Shown: positions 45,849-57,126, counted from the first letter of the stretch. The stretch is DNA of 64,000 nt from a bacterium (GCA_027624915.1 JAQBTR010000002.1:30802-94801), one strand, 5' to 3'. Translations and numbers: made by a program. The notes: a model not told the origin generated them from the sequence alone.

Positions 45849-47242
45849 TTTTTTCACGCAAACCATCAGAAGAACCAATAGATCCACAAAATCATAAGCG
45901 GATTGTATCTGATATTCGTCCTGCATACGGAAAACTTCCTACTATGGCGAAGAGAACGGCTCAACCAACAACTAAACCACGGGAAATATTTAAACGTGGC
46001 CCGCAGCCGTCTGGTCCAAAAAACCCAGTTATAAGGACTCTTCCACCTAAATTACCTCAGCAGTCTGGAAAGTTACCGCCAGTACCTCCACATAAAATAC
46101 CTAAAGTAGTATTGCCTGACGGAGGGCCGGGTTTTAAGCTTACGCGTGCTAAGGCTCTAACATTTTTAACTCCAGTCGCTATTGTTATAGTTCTTGGTGG
46201 ATACTTTTTTTGGTCATCTTCACTTACCCTTGAGATAACTCCCAAGAAGACAGCATTTGAAATTCCATCTGATCTTAAGATTGAGTTACCGGCCGAAGCA
46301 TTTACTGCTTCCGTTACAAAACGCGGAGATGGCAAGAGTCTTGAGGAGGAGAGTTTTAGTGAAAAGGCGAGCGGAATACTTCTCGTATTTAATGACTTTA
46401 ATTCGCAGTCTCAAATTTTGGTAAAAAATACTCGGTTTGAGGCTCCAAATGGATTAATATATCGCTCGATGTCTCGTATTGTTGTTCCTGGTAAAGAGGG
46501 GGACGCACCTGGCGCCACAGAGGTTACAGTTGTTGCTAGTGAACCAGGGGACAAATACAATATTGGTCTGACCGACTTTACCATTCCTGGATTTGAGGGG
46601 AGTCCTAGATTTGCAGGCTTCTTTGCACGTTCCAAAACTGAACTCGTAGGAGGGAAGGCGGGGTTTGGTAAAATTGTTGGCGCGGATGAGGCAGAAGAAC
46701 TTTTGTCTCAATTGGAATCAGAAATGACAAACGAACTTCAAGACCAGCTAAGTTCTATTGTTCCCGACTCACATATATCATTTCCGGAGAGTTATGAGCC
46801 CTCCACTGCCGTCAGGATTACTGACCCTGCCGTTGGATCACCAGCAGACGAATTTTTTGCTGAGGTAAGGGGTGAAATTAAAACACTCGGTATTGATAAA
46901 GTTACATTTAGCGAGGAGTTGGCGGAGATGCTTTTCAAGGACCAGTATGCGGCCGGCGCTTACAGGTTGCGCGAAGATGACGGAATTAGAGTTTCTGATG
47001 TCCGTATGAATTTTGACCTAGGAACCGTGAGCCTGACAATGTCAGGAAAGGCCACTTTTGAGTGGTTATTCGATCAAGGTGACCTCCAAAATAAAGTGCT
47101 GGAAGCCGAAAATCATAAGGATTTAAAGGGTGTTTTTGACTCTTACCCCGGTATTTCAAGAGTAGAGCAGACTTTCAGACCGGCACTGTTAAAAAAGATT
47201 CCTAGCAGTCCAGATAGACTTATTATTGAAATAAAGTCTTAA
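45845..47242 (+). CDS. Membrane-anchored protein with baseplate-J-like extracellular domain
   Basis: Pro-rich cytoplasmic N-terminus, one TM, KASG...VFN...Q.LV.NTRF...V.A..PG..YNI...FTIPG. Confidence 0.55.
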   Translation: MIFSRKPSEEPIDPQNHKRIVSDIRPAYGKLPTMAKRTAQPTTKPREIFKRGPQPSGPKNPVIRTLPPKLPQQSGKLPPVPPHKIPKVVLPDGGPGFKLTRAKALTFLTPVAIVIVLGGYFFWSSSLTLEITPKKTAFEIPSDLKIELPAEAFTASVTKRGDGKSLEEESFSEKASGILLVFNDFNSQSQILVKNTRFEAPNGLIYRSMSRIVVPGKEGDAPGATEVTVVASEPGDKYNIGLTDFTIPGFEGSPRFAGFFARSKTELVGGKAGFGKIVGADEAEELLSQLESEMTNELQDQLSSIVPDSHISFPESYEPSTAVRITDPAVGSPADEFFAEVRGEIKTLGIDKVTFSEELAEMLFKDQYAAGAYRLREDDGIRVSDVRMNFDLGTVSLTMSGKATFEWLFDQGDLQNKVLEAENHKDLKGVFDSYPGISRVEQTFRPALLKKIPSSPDRLIIEIKS

Positions 47243-47290
47243 AATGTTGACATTTATGGATATATTCGTTACCATGCCCTACATATTCCT

Positions 47291-47521
47291 ATGCAAGACA
47301 GTAAAGGCAAAGACGACAAATCTGTAAAGGAGGGCTCAGTTTTAGAGGCCTTCAAGGGAGGTCTTTTCCGAGTTAAGATTGATGGCTCGGATGAGGAGGT
47401 TCAAGCAAACCTCGCAGGTAAAATGCGCCTTCACTATATACGCGTTCTCGTAGGAGATCGCGTGCAAGTTGAGTTCACGCCCTACGATAAAAATCGTGGA
47501 CGTATCATTCGACGACTTTGA
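47291..47521 (+). CDS. infA: Translation initiation factor IF-1
   Basis: GKMR..YIRVL.GDRV.VE..PYD..RGRI. Confidence 0.95.
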   Translation: MQDSKGKDDKSVKEGSVLEAFKGGLFRVKIDGSDEEVQANLAGKMRLHYIRVLVGDRVQVEFTPYDKNRGRIIRRL

Positions 47522-47552
47522 TCCAGCGGACTAGTCCGTAACTATATACGTA

Positions 47553-47666
47553 ATGAAAGTACGCGCATCAGTAAAAAAAATTTGCAATCACTGCAAACTA
47601 GTAAAGCGCAATCGGCGCCTTTTTGTTATTTGTAAGGTTGCTAAGCATAAACAACGACAAGGATAA
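47553..47666 (+). CDS. rpmJ: 50S ribosomal protein L36; not in ORF track
   Basis: Manual translation [37 protein letters not shown]. Confidence 0.95.
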   Translation: MKVRASVKKICNHCKLVKRNRRLFVICKVAKHKQRQG

Positions 47667-47671
47667 ATTTT

Positions 47672-48058
47672 ATGGTACGAATTGCGGGAGTTAACATCCC
47701 AGATGAAAAAAAAGTAAACATCTCACTAACATATGTGTACGGTATTGGTCGTACTCGTTCGGATGAGATTTTGAAGAAAGCAAACATTACATCAGAAAAG
47801 CGCGCCAAAGAACTTACACAGGATGAGATGGCACGCTTGCGCGAAATCATTGAAAGGGATTACTCAGTAGAAGGCTCATTGCGACGAGAGATCACACTTA
47901 ACGTAAAGCGTCTTAAGGACGTGAGCTCATACCGTGGTAGTCGTCATGCACGTTCACTTCCACTTCGTGGTCAACGAACAAAGACAAATTCTCGAACCCG
48001 ACGTGGTAACAAGCGAGTAACTATGGGTTCAGGACGTAAGAAACTCGATAAGAAATAA
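47672..48058 (+). CDS. rpsM: 30S ribosomal protein S13
   Basis: RIAGVNIP, YGIG and RGQRTKTN. Confidence 0.97.
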   Translation: MVRIAGVNIPDEKKVNISLTYVYGIGRTRSDEILKKANITSEKRAKELTQDEMARLREIIERDYSVEGSLRREITLNVKRLKDVSSYRGSRHARSLPLRGQRTKTNSRTRRGNKRVTMGSGRKKLDKK

Positions 48059-48063
48059 TTCCT

Positions 48064-48495
48064 ATGGGAAAGAAACGCATTATCAAAAAGACAGAGGCCC
48101 CACGCGAGGGAACACCAGCTTCCCGAACGCGTACTTCAAGCCGTAAAAAGCTTGCACGTGGCTTTGTGTATATCAAATCTACATACAACAACACACTCAT
48201 TACACTTACAGATGAATTTGGTAATGCATTTGCTCAGAACTCTAGTGGTGGCTCAGGGTTTTCCGGTTCAAAAAAGGGTACTCCATATGCCGCTTCCAAA
48301 GCAGCTGATCTTCTTTCAGAACGAGCACGAGATATGGGAGTTGCTGACATTGACCTACGAGTAAAAGGAACTGGACCAGGACGAGAGGCAGCACTCCGAG
48401 TATTTGGAAACAAGGGTTTTAATATTACTTCCATTAAAGACTTAACACCGATGCCTCATGGTTTTATGAAGGCTCGCAAACCTAGACGAGTATAA
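48064..48495 (+). CDS. rpsK: 30S ribosomal protein S11
   Basis: STYNNT, K.TPYAA, G.GPGRE and KPRRV. Confidence 0.96.
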   Translation: MGKKRIIKKTEAPREGTPASRTRTSSRKKLARGFVYIKSTYNNTLITLTDEFGNAFAQNSSGGSGFSGSKKGTPYAASKAADLLSERARDMGVADIDLRVKGTGPGREAALRVFGNKGFNITSIKDLTPMPHGFMKARKPRRV

Positions 48496-48497
48496 AT

Positions 48498-49106
48498 ATG
48501 CGAATTTCTTGTAAAAAATGTAGACGACTTGGCACAACGGTCTGTGGACGTGAGAAATGTGCTATTCGTCGTAAGCCATACCCGCCTGGCATGCAGGGAA
48601 AGAATCGACGTCGACGTCGAGATGTTTCTGAATTTGCAAAACAGCTTCGCGAAAAGCAGGTTGTTCGTCACTCGTATGGTATTTCAGAGAGGCAGTTCCG
48701 AGGTTATGTAACCAAGGCTTTGGCAGGACACGGTGGTGATGTGGCTAAGAAGTTAACCGAATCACTTGAAATGCGACTTGATAACGTTGTATTTCGTCTC
48801 GGATTTGCAAGTAGTAGGTCTGGCGCTCGACAATTGGTTGCTCACGGACACATTTCTGTTAATGGACGCAAAGTACACACACCATCTTACAAAGTGAAAG
48901 AAGGACAAAGTATTATCGTAAACGAAAATTCACGCAGTAAGGGGGTGTTTAAAAATCAAGATATCGTATTGAAGAAGCACGAAACACCACCATGGCTTTT
49001 GCTTGAGCCAGCAAAATGGGAGGGTAACGTGACCTCTTTACCAAAAGTCGAAGATATGGTACGATTATACAATATTAAATCAATTATTGAGTACTACTCT
49101 CGTTAG
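48498..49106 (+). CDS. rpsD: 30S ribosomal protein S4
   Basis: PPG..G, QLREKQ, LE.RLDNVVFR and IIEYYSR. Confidence 0.96.
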   Translation: MRISCKKCRRLGTTVCGREKCAIRRKPYPPGMQGKNRRRRRDVSEFAKQLREKQVVRHSYGISERQFRGYVTKALAGHGGDVAKKLTESLEMRLDNVVFRLGFASSRSGARQLVAHGHISVNGRKVHTPSYKVKEGQSIIVNENSRSKGVFKNQDIVLKKHETPPWLLLEPAKWEGNVTSLPKVEDMVRLYNIKSIIEYYSR

Positions 49107-49135
49107 TCGGTAGTACCGAATTTTAGTGTTTCCAT

Positions 49136-50101
49136 ATGAATTACACGATACTTTTGCCATCTCGTCCCTACATAGAGCGCGAAAAAGAGAATAGCGCTGA
49201 TATTGTTATTGACGGATTGCACCCAGGGTACGGTGTCACGCTCGGTAATGCGCTACGCCGTGTATTATTCTCTTCTCTTCCGGGAGCCGCTGTAACGCGC
49301 GTTAAGATTAAGGGTGTGAACCACGAGTTCTCAACTATTCCAGGTGTTCTAGAAGACGTTCTCTTGATTCTTCTTAACATCAAACAGCTTCGTTTCCGTG
49401 TACATACAGACGGTCCAGAGGTAGTCTCATTTGAGGCAAAGGGTGAGGGAGAGATTAAGGCTAGTGATATTAAGACTTCATCAAACTTAGAAATTGTAAA
49501 CAAAAAACAACACATCGCAACAATCACAAAGAAGGGCACTGACTTTTCAGTAGAACTTACTGTTGAGCGTGGTGTTGGTTACCGATCAAAAGAAAATATT
49601 GAGACAGAACGATTGGAGGCGGGTTCTATCGTGTTAGATTCAATCTTTACTCCAATCCGAAAGGTTAGCTATCAAGTAACAAACATGCGTGTTGGTACTG
49701 ATACTAACTACAACAAGCTTACTTTTTCTATTGAGACAGATGGTTCTATATCACCTGCAGAGGCGTTTAGCCAGTCGGTTGAGGTATTGATGAGTCAGCT
49801 AGGTGAACTTAAAGAATTTGGAAAGAAAGAAGAGTATGTAGCAGAAGAACTGGCTGCAGAACGAGAAGCTCCAACAGAGGAATCAAATGGAGGTGAGGAG
49901 TATTTGAAGATTCCAATCGAGGATGTAAAATTTTCAAGTCACACACTCAATGCACTTACACGCGCAGGACTCAACACAGTTGGTGACTTGTCTGACAAAT
50001 CAGAAAAAGATCTTAAACTTATCGACGGTATCGGAGACAAGGCTGTACAAGAGATTCACCGTGAGCTTGGAAACTTCGGTATTATGTTACCCAAAGAATA
50101 A
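49136..50101 (+). CDS. rpoA: RNA polymerase alpha subunit
   Basis: GYGVTLGNALRR, HEFSTIPGV.ED, alpha-CTD. Confidence 0.97.
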   Translation: MNYTILLPSRPYIEREKENSADIVIDGLHPGYGVTLGNALRRVLFSSLPGAAVTRVKIKGVNHEFSTIPGVLEDVLLILLNIKQLRFRVHTDGPEVVSFEAKGEGEIKASDIKTSSNLEIVNKKQHIATITKKGTDFSVELTVERGVGYRSKENIETERLEAGSIVLDSIFTPIRKVSYQVTNMRVGTDTNYNKLTFSIETDGSISPAEAFSQSVEVLMSQLGELKEFGKKEEYVAEELAAEREAPTEESNGGEEYLKIPIEDVKFSSHTLNALTRAGLNTVGDLSDKSEKDLKLIDGIGDKAVQEIHRELGNFGIMLPKE

Positions 50102-50103
50102 TT

Positions 50104-50454
50104 ATGCGACACCGAAATAAGGGAAGAATTTTACAGAGAAAGAAGGGGCCACGTGTAGCGTTGCTCCGCTCCCTTTTGCGTTCGCTTATTTTGCACAAGG
50201 CTATTGTGACAACGACTGCTCGTGCAAAGGAAATTCGACCTAGGGTTGAAAAGCTTGTAACACGTGCTAAAACAGGTACGCTTGCTAACCACCGTTATAT
50301 AACAGGTGAGATTGGACTTGAGGCCGCAAAGAAACTTCGTGACGATATTGCTCCAAACTCAAAAGATCGAAAAGGTGGATATACTCGGATTGTTAAGCAC
50401 GGTGTTCGTAAGTCGGACGCGGCACAGCAGTCACATATTAGCTTTGTAGATTAA
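50104..50454 (+). CDS. rplQ: 50S ribosomal protein L17
   Basis: MRHR, TT.ARAKE and GGYTRI. Confidence 0.96.
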   Translation: MRHRNKGRILQRKKGPRVALLRSLLRSLILHKAIVTTTARAKEIRPRVEKLVTRAKTGTLANHRYITGEIGLEAAKKLRDDIAPNSKDRKGGYTRIVKHGVRKSDAAQQSHISFVD

Positions 50455-50459
50455 TTATC

Positions 50460-50822
50460 ATGTCACAAGAACCAGTAATCTTAGATGCAAGAGGAAAGTC
50501 ATTAGGACGAGTTGCTAGCGAAGCGGCTGGTATTTTACGTGGTAAGACAAATGTAAACTTTGAGTTCCACACATTACCAGAAGAACGAGTTGTTATTACA
50601 AATGCCTCACGTATTCGTGTTACTGGTTCAAAAATGAAAGACGAGAAGCATGAGCGATATTCTGGTTATCCCGGTGGATTAAAAGAGATTCCGTATGAGA
50701 GATCTTTTAAAAAAGATCCTGCAAAATTTGTAGCCAACTCTGTTGCGGGCATGATTCCACGTAACCGATTAAAAAAAGAAATTCTTAAGCACCTAACTGT
50801 ATATGCCAACAACCAAGAGTAA
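50460..50822 (+). CDS. rplM: 50S ribosomal protein L13 (short)
   Basis: DA.G..LGR.AS, SGYPGGLK and GM.P. Confidence 0.93.
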   Translation: MSQEPVILDARGKSLGRVASEAAGILRGKTNVNFEFHTLPEERVVITNASRIRVTGSKMKDEKHERYSGYPGGLKEIPYERSFKKDPAKFVANSVAGMIPRNRLKKEILKHLTVYANNQE

Positions 50823-51222
50823 AACTAAGAAAGCTGAAAAGTATATTGAGGCCGTTGGGCGACGTAAGACGTCTGTTGCTCGTGTCCGAATCACACCAAA
50901 CGGTGAGGGGATTGTTGTAAACGATAAGCCTTACAAAGAGTATTTTCCAACTGAGGCAATGCAAAAGATTGCAGAAGACGCCTTTCGTAAGACTCGTCCA
51001 GAAACACGATTTTCAGTTTCAGCTCATCTAAGCGGTGGAGGTATCCACTCACAGGTTGAGGCCTTGCGCCACGGTATTTCACGAGCACTTAACGAATTTG
51101 ATGGTGATCTTCGCCCTCCTCTAAAACGGGCAGGTTTCCTCAAACGAGACCCACGAATGAAAGAGCGTCGTAAGTTCGGCCTCAAAAAAGCCCGTCGAGC
51201 ACCACAGTGGAGTAAACGATAA
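50803..51222 (+). CDS. rpsI: 30S ribosomal protein S9
   Basis: GRRKTSVARV, GGG...Q and KKARRAPQWSKR. Confidence 0.97.
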   Translation: MPTTKSKTKKAEKYIEAVGRRKTSVARVRITPNGEGIVVNDKPYKEYFPTEAMQKIAEDAFRKTRPETRFSVSAHLSGGGIHSQVEALRHGISRALNEFDGDLRPPLKRAGFLKRDPRMKERRKFGLKKARRAPQWSKR

Positions 51223-51225
51223 ATC

Positions 51226-51261
51226 AAAAAAATTACCGACATTAAGTCGGTAATTTTTTTT
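51226..51261. terminator. Intrinsic terminator
   Basis: AAAAAAATTACCGAC-ATTAA-GTCGGTAATTTTTTT. Confidence 0.85.
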
Positions 51262-51301
51262 GTGGACATGGTAAGAATTGAACCCATCATAAATTGGTTA
51301 T

Positions 51302-51333
51302 TTTTCAACGGCTCATTTTTGAGCCGTTGAAAA
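51302..51333. repeat. Palindrome TTCAACGGCTCA-N4-TGAGCCGTTGAA (copy 1)
   Basis: Perfect 14-bp arms; the 12-bp core arms recur at 57712-57739. Confidence 0.85.
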
Positions 51334-51352
51334 TAGCTTAAATAAGCCATAA

Positions 51353-51379
51353 TTAGCACTCTTGACATGAGAGTGCTAA
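51353..51379. promoter_or_regulatory. CIRCE operator overlapping the -35 of the hrcA operon promoter
   Basis: Perfect TTAGCACTC-N9-GAGTGCTAA; TTGACA inside N9, TATACT at 51386-51391. Confidence 0.96.
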
Positions 51380-51397
51380 ATTTTATATACTCTAATT

Positions 51398-52051
51398 ATG
51401 ATCGATGAGCGCAAGGATCATGTACTAGAATTACTGGTCCGCGAATATATAAAAAATGCCGAACCGGTTTCTTCTGGCACGATAGCCGAGAGACTGTCAG
51501 TAAGCCCTGCGACAATACGTAATACTCTGACAGAGCTAACCGATGAAGGCTATATCGAGCAAGCACATACTTCTGGTGGCCGAATCCCAAAAGATAGAGC
51601 GTATCGATTCTTTGTAAATCGATTACTCCTTAATCAACAGGAGCGTGCAAAAGAGTCACTTAAGAAAACTATTCGAGAGGTAGAGACTCTGCAGCATATG
51701 CTAGCTCGTCACGTACATGTTCTATCGCGATTTGGTGAACTAATGCCGATAGGATTTGATGAAATGTTCGGAGAACCGGAGTTTAGGGAGCCTTCGTTTG
51801 TACGAGAGCTTGGACGGTTTCTGGATGAATTTGAACATTATCGAGCATACTATGAACAAGATCTTGAGCCCAACTCGTTTGACGTCTTGATAGGAGAAGA
51901 AAATAATATTCAGCCAATGATACATATGAGCATTGTAGTTGCGAAGGATGGGGATGGAGAGCTATTTTTTGCAGTCGGCCCAACCCGTATGCGGTATGAT
52001 AAAATTATTAACACAATGAAGTTATGGAACAAGATACCCAAGAAGAAGTAA
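51398..52051 (+). CDS. hrcA: Heat-inducible repressor HrcA (short)
   Basis: EPVSS, SPATIRN, HTSGGRIP...YR.FV and GPTRM.Y. Confidence 0.92.
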   Translation: MIDERKDHVLELLVREYIKNAEPVSSGTIAERLSVSPATIRNTLTELTDEGYIEQAHTSGGRIPKDRAYRFFVNRLLLNQQERAKESLKKTIREVETLQHMLARHVHVLSRFGELMPIGFDEMFGEPEFREPSFVRELGRFLDEFEHYRAYYEQDLEPNSFDVLIGEENNIQPMIHMSIVVAKDGDGELFFAVGPTRMRYDKIINTMKLWNKIPKKK

Positions 52052-52515
52052 ATAATGACGAGTCTGAATTTGATACATGCCAAGCTGAGCGTGACGAATA
52101 TCTAGACGGATGGAAGCGCGCTAAGGCTGACTACCTCAATCTTGAAAAGAGTTTAGAAACACGAGTAACATCAGCGAAGAATAACGCCGAGGTGAAGATA
52201 CTCAAAGATTTTCTTGAGCTAGCTGATGCTTTTGACCAAGCATTTCTGATAGACCCTCCAGATTCTCCATGGGTGGAGGGAATTAAACAGACAAGAGAGA
52301 AGTTACATGCTACTCTCGCCAAATGTGGAGTTGTTGCAATCGGGACCGATGGACAGAAATTTGACCCCAATCAACATGAGGCCGTCGAAGTAGTTGATAC
52401 AGAGGAAGAAGACAAAGACGATGACATTATTGAGGAGGTTCAAGGGGGATATGCAATAAAAGATAGAATATTACGACCAAGTCGAGTGAAGGTAGCTAAA
52501 TATAAACAAGAATAA
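52024..52515 (+). CDS. grpE: Nucleotide exchange factor GrpE
   Basis: R.KADY.N, FDP..HEAV and GY....RILRPS.V.V. Confidence 0.94.
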   Translation: MEQDTQEEVNNDESEFDTCQAERDEYLDGWKRAKADYLNLEKSLETRVTSAKNNAEVKILKDFLELADAFDQAFLIDPPDSPWVEGIKQTREKLHATLAKCGVVAIGTDGQKFDPNQHEAVEVVDTEEEDKDDDIIEEVQGGYAIKDRILRPSRVKVAKYKQE

Positions 52516-52533
52516 TAAATACTAGGAAATATT

Positions 52534-54459
52534 ATGGGAAAAATTTTAGGAATTGACTTAGGAACAACCAACTCAGCAATGGCTGTTGTTGAGGGAGGTT
52601 CTCCACGCATTATCGAAAACAAAGAAGGAAATCGAACCATGCCATCTATGGTTGCTGTTTCAAAATCTAACGAAAGACTCGTTGGTCTTTTGGCAAAACG
52701 CCAAGCAGTAACAAATCCAACAGGAACTATTTTTTCGGCTAAGCGTCTTATTGGACGTAAGTTCAAGGATGCAGAAGTACAACGCGACAAAGCTTTACTT
52801 CCATATGAGATAAAAGAATCTACCAATGGTGGTGTTGAAATCAAGGTGGGTGGGGAGTGGAAACGACCGGAAGAGATCTCCGCAATGATTCTTGGAAAAA
52901 TGAAGGCTGACGCCGAAGAGAAACTCGGTGGTCCCGTAACTGACGCTATTATTACTGTTCCTGCTTACTTTGACGACTCACAGCGACAAGCAACTAAGAA
53001 CGCTGGTGAAATCGCAGGATTCAATGTTAAACGAATAATTAATGAGCCTACCGCCGCTGCTTTAGCTTATGGATTTAACACGAAGAAAGATGAAAAGATT
53101 GTAGTCTATGACTTTGGTGGTGGAACATTTGATGTTTCAGTTCTTGAAATAGCAGAAGACACAATCGAGGTAAAATCTACTGGAGGTGATACTCACCTTG
53201 GAGGCGACGATTTTGATCAAAAGATCATCGAATGGATTGTAAAAGAATATAAGAGTCAATCAGCAATTGACATATCAAAAGACACACTAGCACTCCAACG
53301 ACTTAAAGAAGCTGCTGAGAAGGCAAAGCACGAGCTATCAAGCACTGTTGAGCACGAAATTAACATTCCGTTTATTACCTCAAACGCAGATGGCCCACAA
53401 CACCTTCTTTTGAAGTTGTCTCGAGCTAAGTTTGAAGAGCTTGTTGCAGAATACATAACAAAGTCTATTAAGGTGACTGAATCTGTTGTTAAGGACGCTG
53501 GTTTTACCGTAAACGATATCAATGAAGTTATCTTGGTTGGTGGGCAAACACGAATGCCAGCAATCAAAGAAGCTGTTAAGAAATTGTTTGGTAAAGAACC
53601 AAACCTTTCAATTAACCCAGACGAGGTTGTAGCATCGGGTGCTGCTGTCCAGGGTGGTATTTTGCAAGGTGACGTTAAGGACATTTTACTTTTGGACGTA
53701 ACTCCACTTTCACTTGGTTTGGAAACTCTTGGTGGTGTGTTCACAAAACTTATTGAAAAGAACACAACTATTCCAACATCAAAGAGTCAGGTGTTTTCAA
53801 CAGCGGCAGATAGCCAGCCATCAGTAGAAATTCATGTACTCCAGGGCGTTCGAGAAATGGCAACTGACAGTAAAACTCTTGGACGATTTATTCTTGACGG
53901 TATTCCACCAGCACCACGTGGTATGCCACAAGTTGAAGTCAGTTTTGACATCGATGCGAACGGTATCCTTTCGGTAAAGGCGAAAGACAAGGGGACAGGA
54001 AAGGAACAATCTGTTCGTATTGAAGCATCAAGTGGTCTTTCTAAAGAAGATATCGAAAAGATGAAAACTGATGCTGAAGCACATGCAGCAGACGACAAGA
54101 AGAAAAAAGATATGGCGGAAGCCAAAAACATGGGGGATGCTGTCATCTATACAACAGAAAAAGCTATGGCCGACGCTGGAGATAAGGTTCCACAGGAATT
54201 GAAGAACGAAATTACAAAGGCAAAAGACCCTCTACAAGAGGCTCTTAAAACAGAAGATCTAGACAAAATAAAATCTGCAACCGAAGACTATTCTAAGATT
54301 GCCCAAAAACTTGGTGAACATGTATACAAACAAGAACAGGAGGCACCAGCAAAAGCTGGTACTACAGAACAGAAGGGTGATAATCCAGCAGATAATGCCA
54401 AGGAGGTTGAACACGAGGAGATAAAAGACGATAATAAGGGTAATGAAAGCGGTTCATAA
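52534..54459 (+). CDS. dnaK: Chaperone DnaK
   Basis: [25 protein letters not shown] and DVTPLSLG. Confidence 0.98.
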   Translation: MGKILGIDLGTTNSAMAVVEGGSPRIIENKEGNRTMPSMVAVSKSNERLVGLLAKRQAVTNPTGTIFSAKRLIGRKFKDAEVQRDKALLPYEIKESTNGGVEIKVGGEWKRPEEISAMILGKMKADAEEKLGGPVTDAIITVPAYFDDSQRQATKNAGEIAGFNVKRIINEPTAAALAYGFNTKKDEKIVVYDFGGGTFDVSVLEIAEDTIEVKSTGGDTHLGGDDFDQKIIEWIVKEYKSQSAIDISKDTLALQRLKEAAEKAKHELSSTVEHEINIPFITSNADGPQHLLLKLSRAKFEELVAEYITKSIKVTESVVKDAGFTVNDINEVILVGGQTRMPAIKEAVKKLFGKEPNLSINPDEVVASGAAVQGGILQGDVKDILLLDVTPLSLGLETLGGVFTKLIEKNTTIPTSKSQVFSTAADSQPSVEIHVLQGVREMATDSKTLGRFILDGIPPAPRGMPQVEVSFDIDANGILSVKAKDKGTGKEQSVRIEASSGLSKEDIEKMKTDAEAHAADDKKKKDMAEAKNMGDAVIYTTEKAMADAGDKVPQELKNEITKAKDPLQEALKTEDLDKIKSATEDYSKIAQKLGEHVYKQEQEAPAKAGTTEQKGDNPADNAKEVEHEEIKDDNKGNESGS

Positions 54460-55369
54460 AGAACTTGTAATTTTATCCTCACTTTTACTCTTTTCTCTCA
54501 TCTTTTGGCTGTCGCTTGCGACATTTTTGCCAACTGCTTCGCGCGACTCACTAACTCTTTTATGGAGCGCTGTAATCTCAGCATTTGTAATGATGGTATT
54601 GTGGTCTCTGATTGTAATTCTTGTTGAGAGTACGATACCGTTTCTTATCGTGTGGGCGTTATCTGCATATGTTGGTGTTATATGGTTTACCACGCCAGTG
54701 TTTATAGTTGGCGCAACCTTGCTCTTTTTGGCAGGAGTCGTTGGTTTCTATCGTACAAAATCTCAAGTACAAAAAACACTTGGTAGTGGACTCGTACGGC
54801 CCATACGGCGTGCGCTTCCTCTCATGGTGACATTTTTTGTCATTACGATTGCAATAGCTGGCTATGTTAAGGTTCCACGCAATGCACTTGTGATTAAAAA
54901 GTTAGTCCCCGAATACACATTTACAAAACTCCTCGGTTATATGCAACCAACAATCCGTGCATTTGACGGAGCATTTAAGGCTGATCGAACATTAACTGAA
55001 TACCTAAAGATAAAAACGGAGCGTGCAATTGACGCAGATATTACAGATGAACAACTTGCGATTCTTGTTGCAGAGTCCAAGGCAAGAACAGGAAAGCTTT
55101 TTTCTATAACCATCGATGAAAATGCGACATTGTCACATACAATGTATCAAGCAGGAACTGCTTTTCTTCAGAAAAAATTTGATATCTATGAGCAAATTAT
55201 TCCAATTACAATCGCTGTAAGTCTCTTCTTTACGTTACGTATCGCGGGACTTATTCTTTCTTGGCTAGCCATTATTATAGCTATCATGGCATTGCGATTA
55301 CTCCACCGATTTGCTATAGTCGAGCTGCGAGCAATTCCAGCTACAATCACCGCATATTCCTTCCCCTAG
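54443..55369 (+). CDS. Multi-pass membrane protein between dnaK and dnaJ
   Basis: 308 aa, about 6 hydrophobic segments. Confidence 0.7.
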   Translation: MKAVHKELVILSSLLLFSLIFWLSLATFLPTASRDSLTLLWSAVISAFVMMVLWSLIVILVESTIPFLIVWALSAYVGVIWFTTPVFIVGATLLFLAGVVGFYRTKSQVQKTLGSGLVRPIRRALPLMVTFFVITIAIAGYVKVPRNALVIKKLVPEYTFTKLLGYMQPTIRAFDGAFKADRTLTEYLKIKTERAIDADITDEQLAILVAESKARTGKLFSITIDENATLSHTMYQAGTAFLQKKFDIYEQIIPITIAVSLFFTLRIAGLILSWLAIIIAIMALRLLHRFAIVELRAIPATITAYSFP

Positions 55370-55487
55370 AGCTAAAACATCCTGAGTTTCGACTGCGACT
55401 TGTCAAAAAAATCCCGCCAATACCTTTGGCATTAAGCTAAGATTTTCTTGACGGCGTCTCGCACGAAATCAGAATATTTTTAATCTA
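55367..55487 (+). repeat. Nested fold-back element; homolog of 9420-9523 (minus strand)
   Basis: Stems AAAACATCCTGA/TCAGAATATTTT, TTTCG/CGAAA and GTCAAAAAAATC/GATTTTCTTGAC; shares CAATAC..ATTAA, CGTCTCGC and GAATATTTT. Confidence 0.75.
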
Positions 55488-55495
55488 AATATATT

Positions 55496-56545
55496 ATGAA
55501 AGACTATTATGACGTGCTCGGCATAGCCCGAAACGCCTCAAAAGATGAAATAAAAAAGGCATATCGTAAGCTCGCTCATCAATTCCATCCCGATAAAAAG
55601 GGTGGGGACGAAGCTAAGTTTAAAGAAGTAAACGAGGCCTACCAAATTCTTTCAGATGATGGTAAGCGAGCACAGTATGATCAATTTGGACGAACAGGAC
55701 CTAGTGCGGGACCTGGTGGTTTTGATTTTGGAAACTTTCAAGGATTTGAAGATGTCGATATGGGTGATATCTTTGAGACATTTTTTGGTGGACGAGGAGG
55801 TCAGGGTGGCAGAAAACGTCAAAAACGAGGACGTGATATTTCTATAGATATTGAGATTCCTTTCCAAGAAGCTGTATTTGGTTCGGAGCGACGTGTTTTG
55901 ATACGAAAATTTGCTACATGTGATACGTGTTCGGGTACTGGTAAGGCGGATGGAGCAAAAGAAGTTGCCTGTGAGCAGTGTCGCGGAGCAGGAACTGTTA
56001 GGGATACAAAGCAATCATTTTTTGGAACATTTACACAAGTAGTAGAATGTTCGGCGTGTGGTGGCAGAGGTAACATTCCAGATAAAAAATGTAAGCATTG
56101 TAATGGGGATGAGGTAGCTGTTAAAAGTGAAGAAATCCATGTTATTATCCCGCAGGGTATTGAAAATGGAGAAGTGATTAGAATCGCTGGCCAAGGCGAA
56201 GCAACACGAGGAGGTGAAACGGGGGATCTGTATGCAAAGGTTCATGTTCTTGCGCATTCGGTATTTAAACGCCTAGGACACGACTTAACCATGAAGTTAG
56301 ATGTTCCACTTTCAGAAGCTCTTCTTGGCGGAGAAAGAGTAATAAATACACTTGAAAATCCACTCAAGGTAAAGATTCCTCAAGGCGTCTCCGATGGAGA
56401 AGTTCTCAAAGTACGAGGGAAAGGAATACCGCGAGAAGATGGTTCTCGCGGAGATTTGCTCATTTCGGTTATAATAAAGATGCCAAAGAAACTCTCATCG
56501 AATGTGAAGGCTCTCATTGAAGAACTTAAAAAAGAAGGGTACTAG
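55496..56545 (+). CDS. dnaJ: Chaperone DnaJ
   Basis: J domain HPD, G/F region, CxxCxG zinc-finger repeats. Confidence 0.97.
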   Translation: MKDYYDVLGIARNASKDEIKKAYRKLAHQFHPDKKGGDEAKFKEVNEAYQILSDDGKRAQYDQFGRTGPSAGPGGFDFGNFQGFEDVDMGDIFETFFGGRGGQGGRKRQKRGRDISIDIEIPFQEAVFGSERRVLIRKFATCDTCSGTGKADGAKEVACEQCRGAGTVRDTKQSFFGTFTQVVECSACGGRGNIPDKKCKHCNGDEVAVKSEEIHVIIPQGIENGEVIRIAGQGEATRGGETGDLYAKVHVLAHSVFKRLGHDLTMKLDVPLSEALLGGERVINTLENPLKVKIPQGVSDGEVLKVRGKGIPREDGSRGDLLISVIIKMPKKLSSNVKALIEELKKEGY

Positions 56546-56590
56546 AGTGTTGGATTTGAAAGCCATTTCCTTTGCCTCTATACTAAATAT

Positions 56591-57106
56591 ATGGATTTCG
56601 ATTTAGCAGCAAATATTGCTCAAATAACTAGCGCCGTTGGTAACCCAGCGCTTGATATAGTTATCATTGTCTTTTTCTTGGCTGCCGGTTTTATTGCAGG
56701 ATCTTTTCAGGGGAGAAATAAGCTCATATCATTCGCACTCGCAAATTATATTACTCTTGCGCTTCAACCCATCATTATAGGACTTTTAAATGCTTACGGA
56801 CTTTTATTTACTCTTTATCGAGATCTAAGTATTTATTTGTTAATGCTTATTGTAGTCTATATGGTACTTGAGCGGACGATCTTTGAGCACGTTAGACTTA
56901 ATGTGTTGAGCTGGTGGAAATCATTTATAACAAGTTTTTCTGTAGTTGGATTTTTTGTCGCAGGCCTCTTGAATATCATGTCATTTCGGGGTATTATTGA
57001 GCTCTCACCAATTACCATTAGTTTGTTTGCGGGACCAACCGCATACTTATTTTGGGCATTGGTACCGCTTGCGGCATTTGCGTACATTGCACCCAAACAC
57101 TACTAA
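56591..57106 (+). CDS. Hypothetical membrane protein
   Basis: 171 aa, about 5 TM. Confidence 0.7.
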   Translation: MDFDLAANIAQITSAVGNPALDIVIIVFFLAAGFIAGSFQGRNKLISFALANYITLALQPIIIGLLNAYGLLFTLYRDLSIYLLMLIVVYMVLERTIFEHVRLNVLSWWKSFITSFSVVGFFVAGLLNIMSFRGIIELSPITISLFAGPTAYLFWALVPLAAFAYIAPKHY

Positions 57107-57126
57107 AATTTTATATCCGCCAACTT

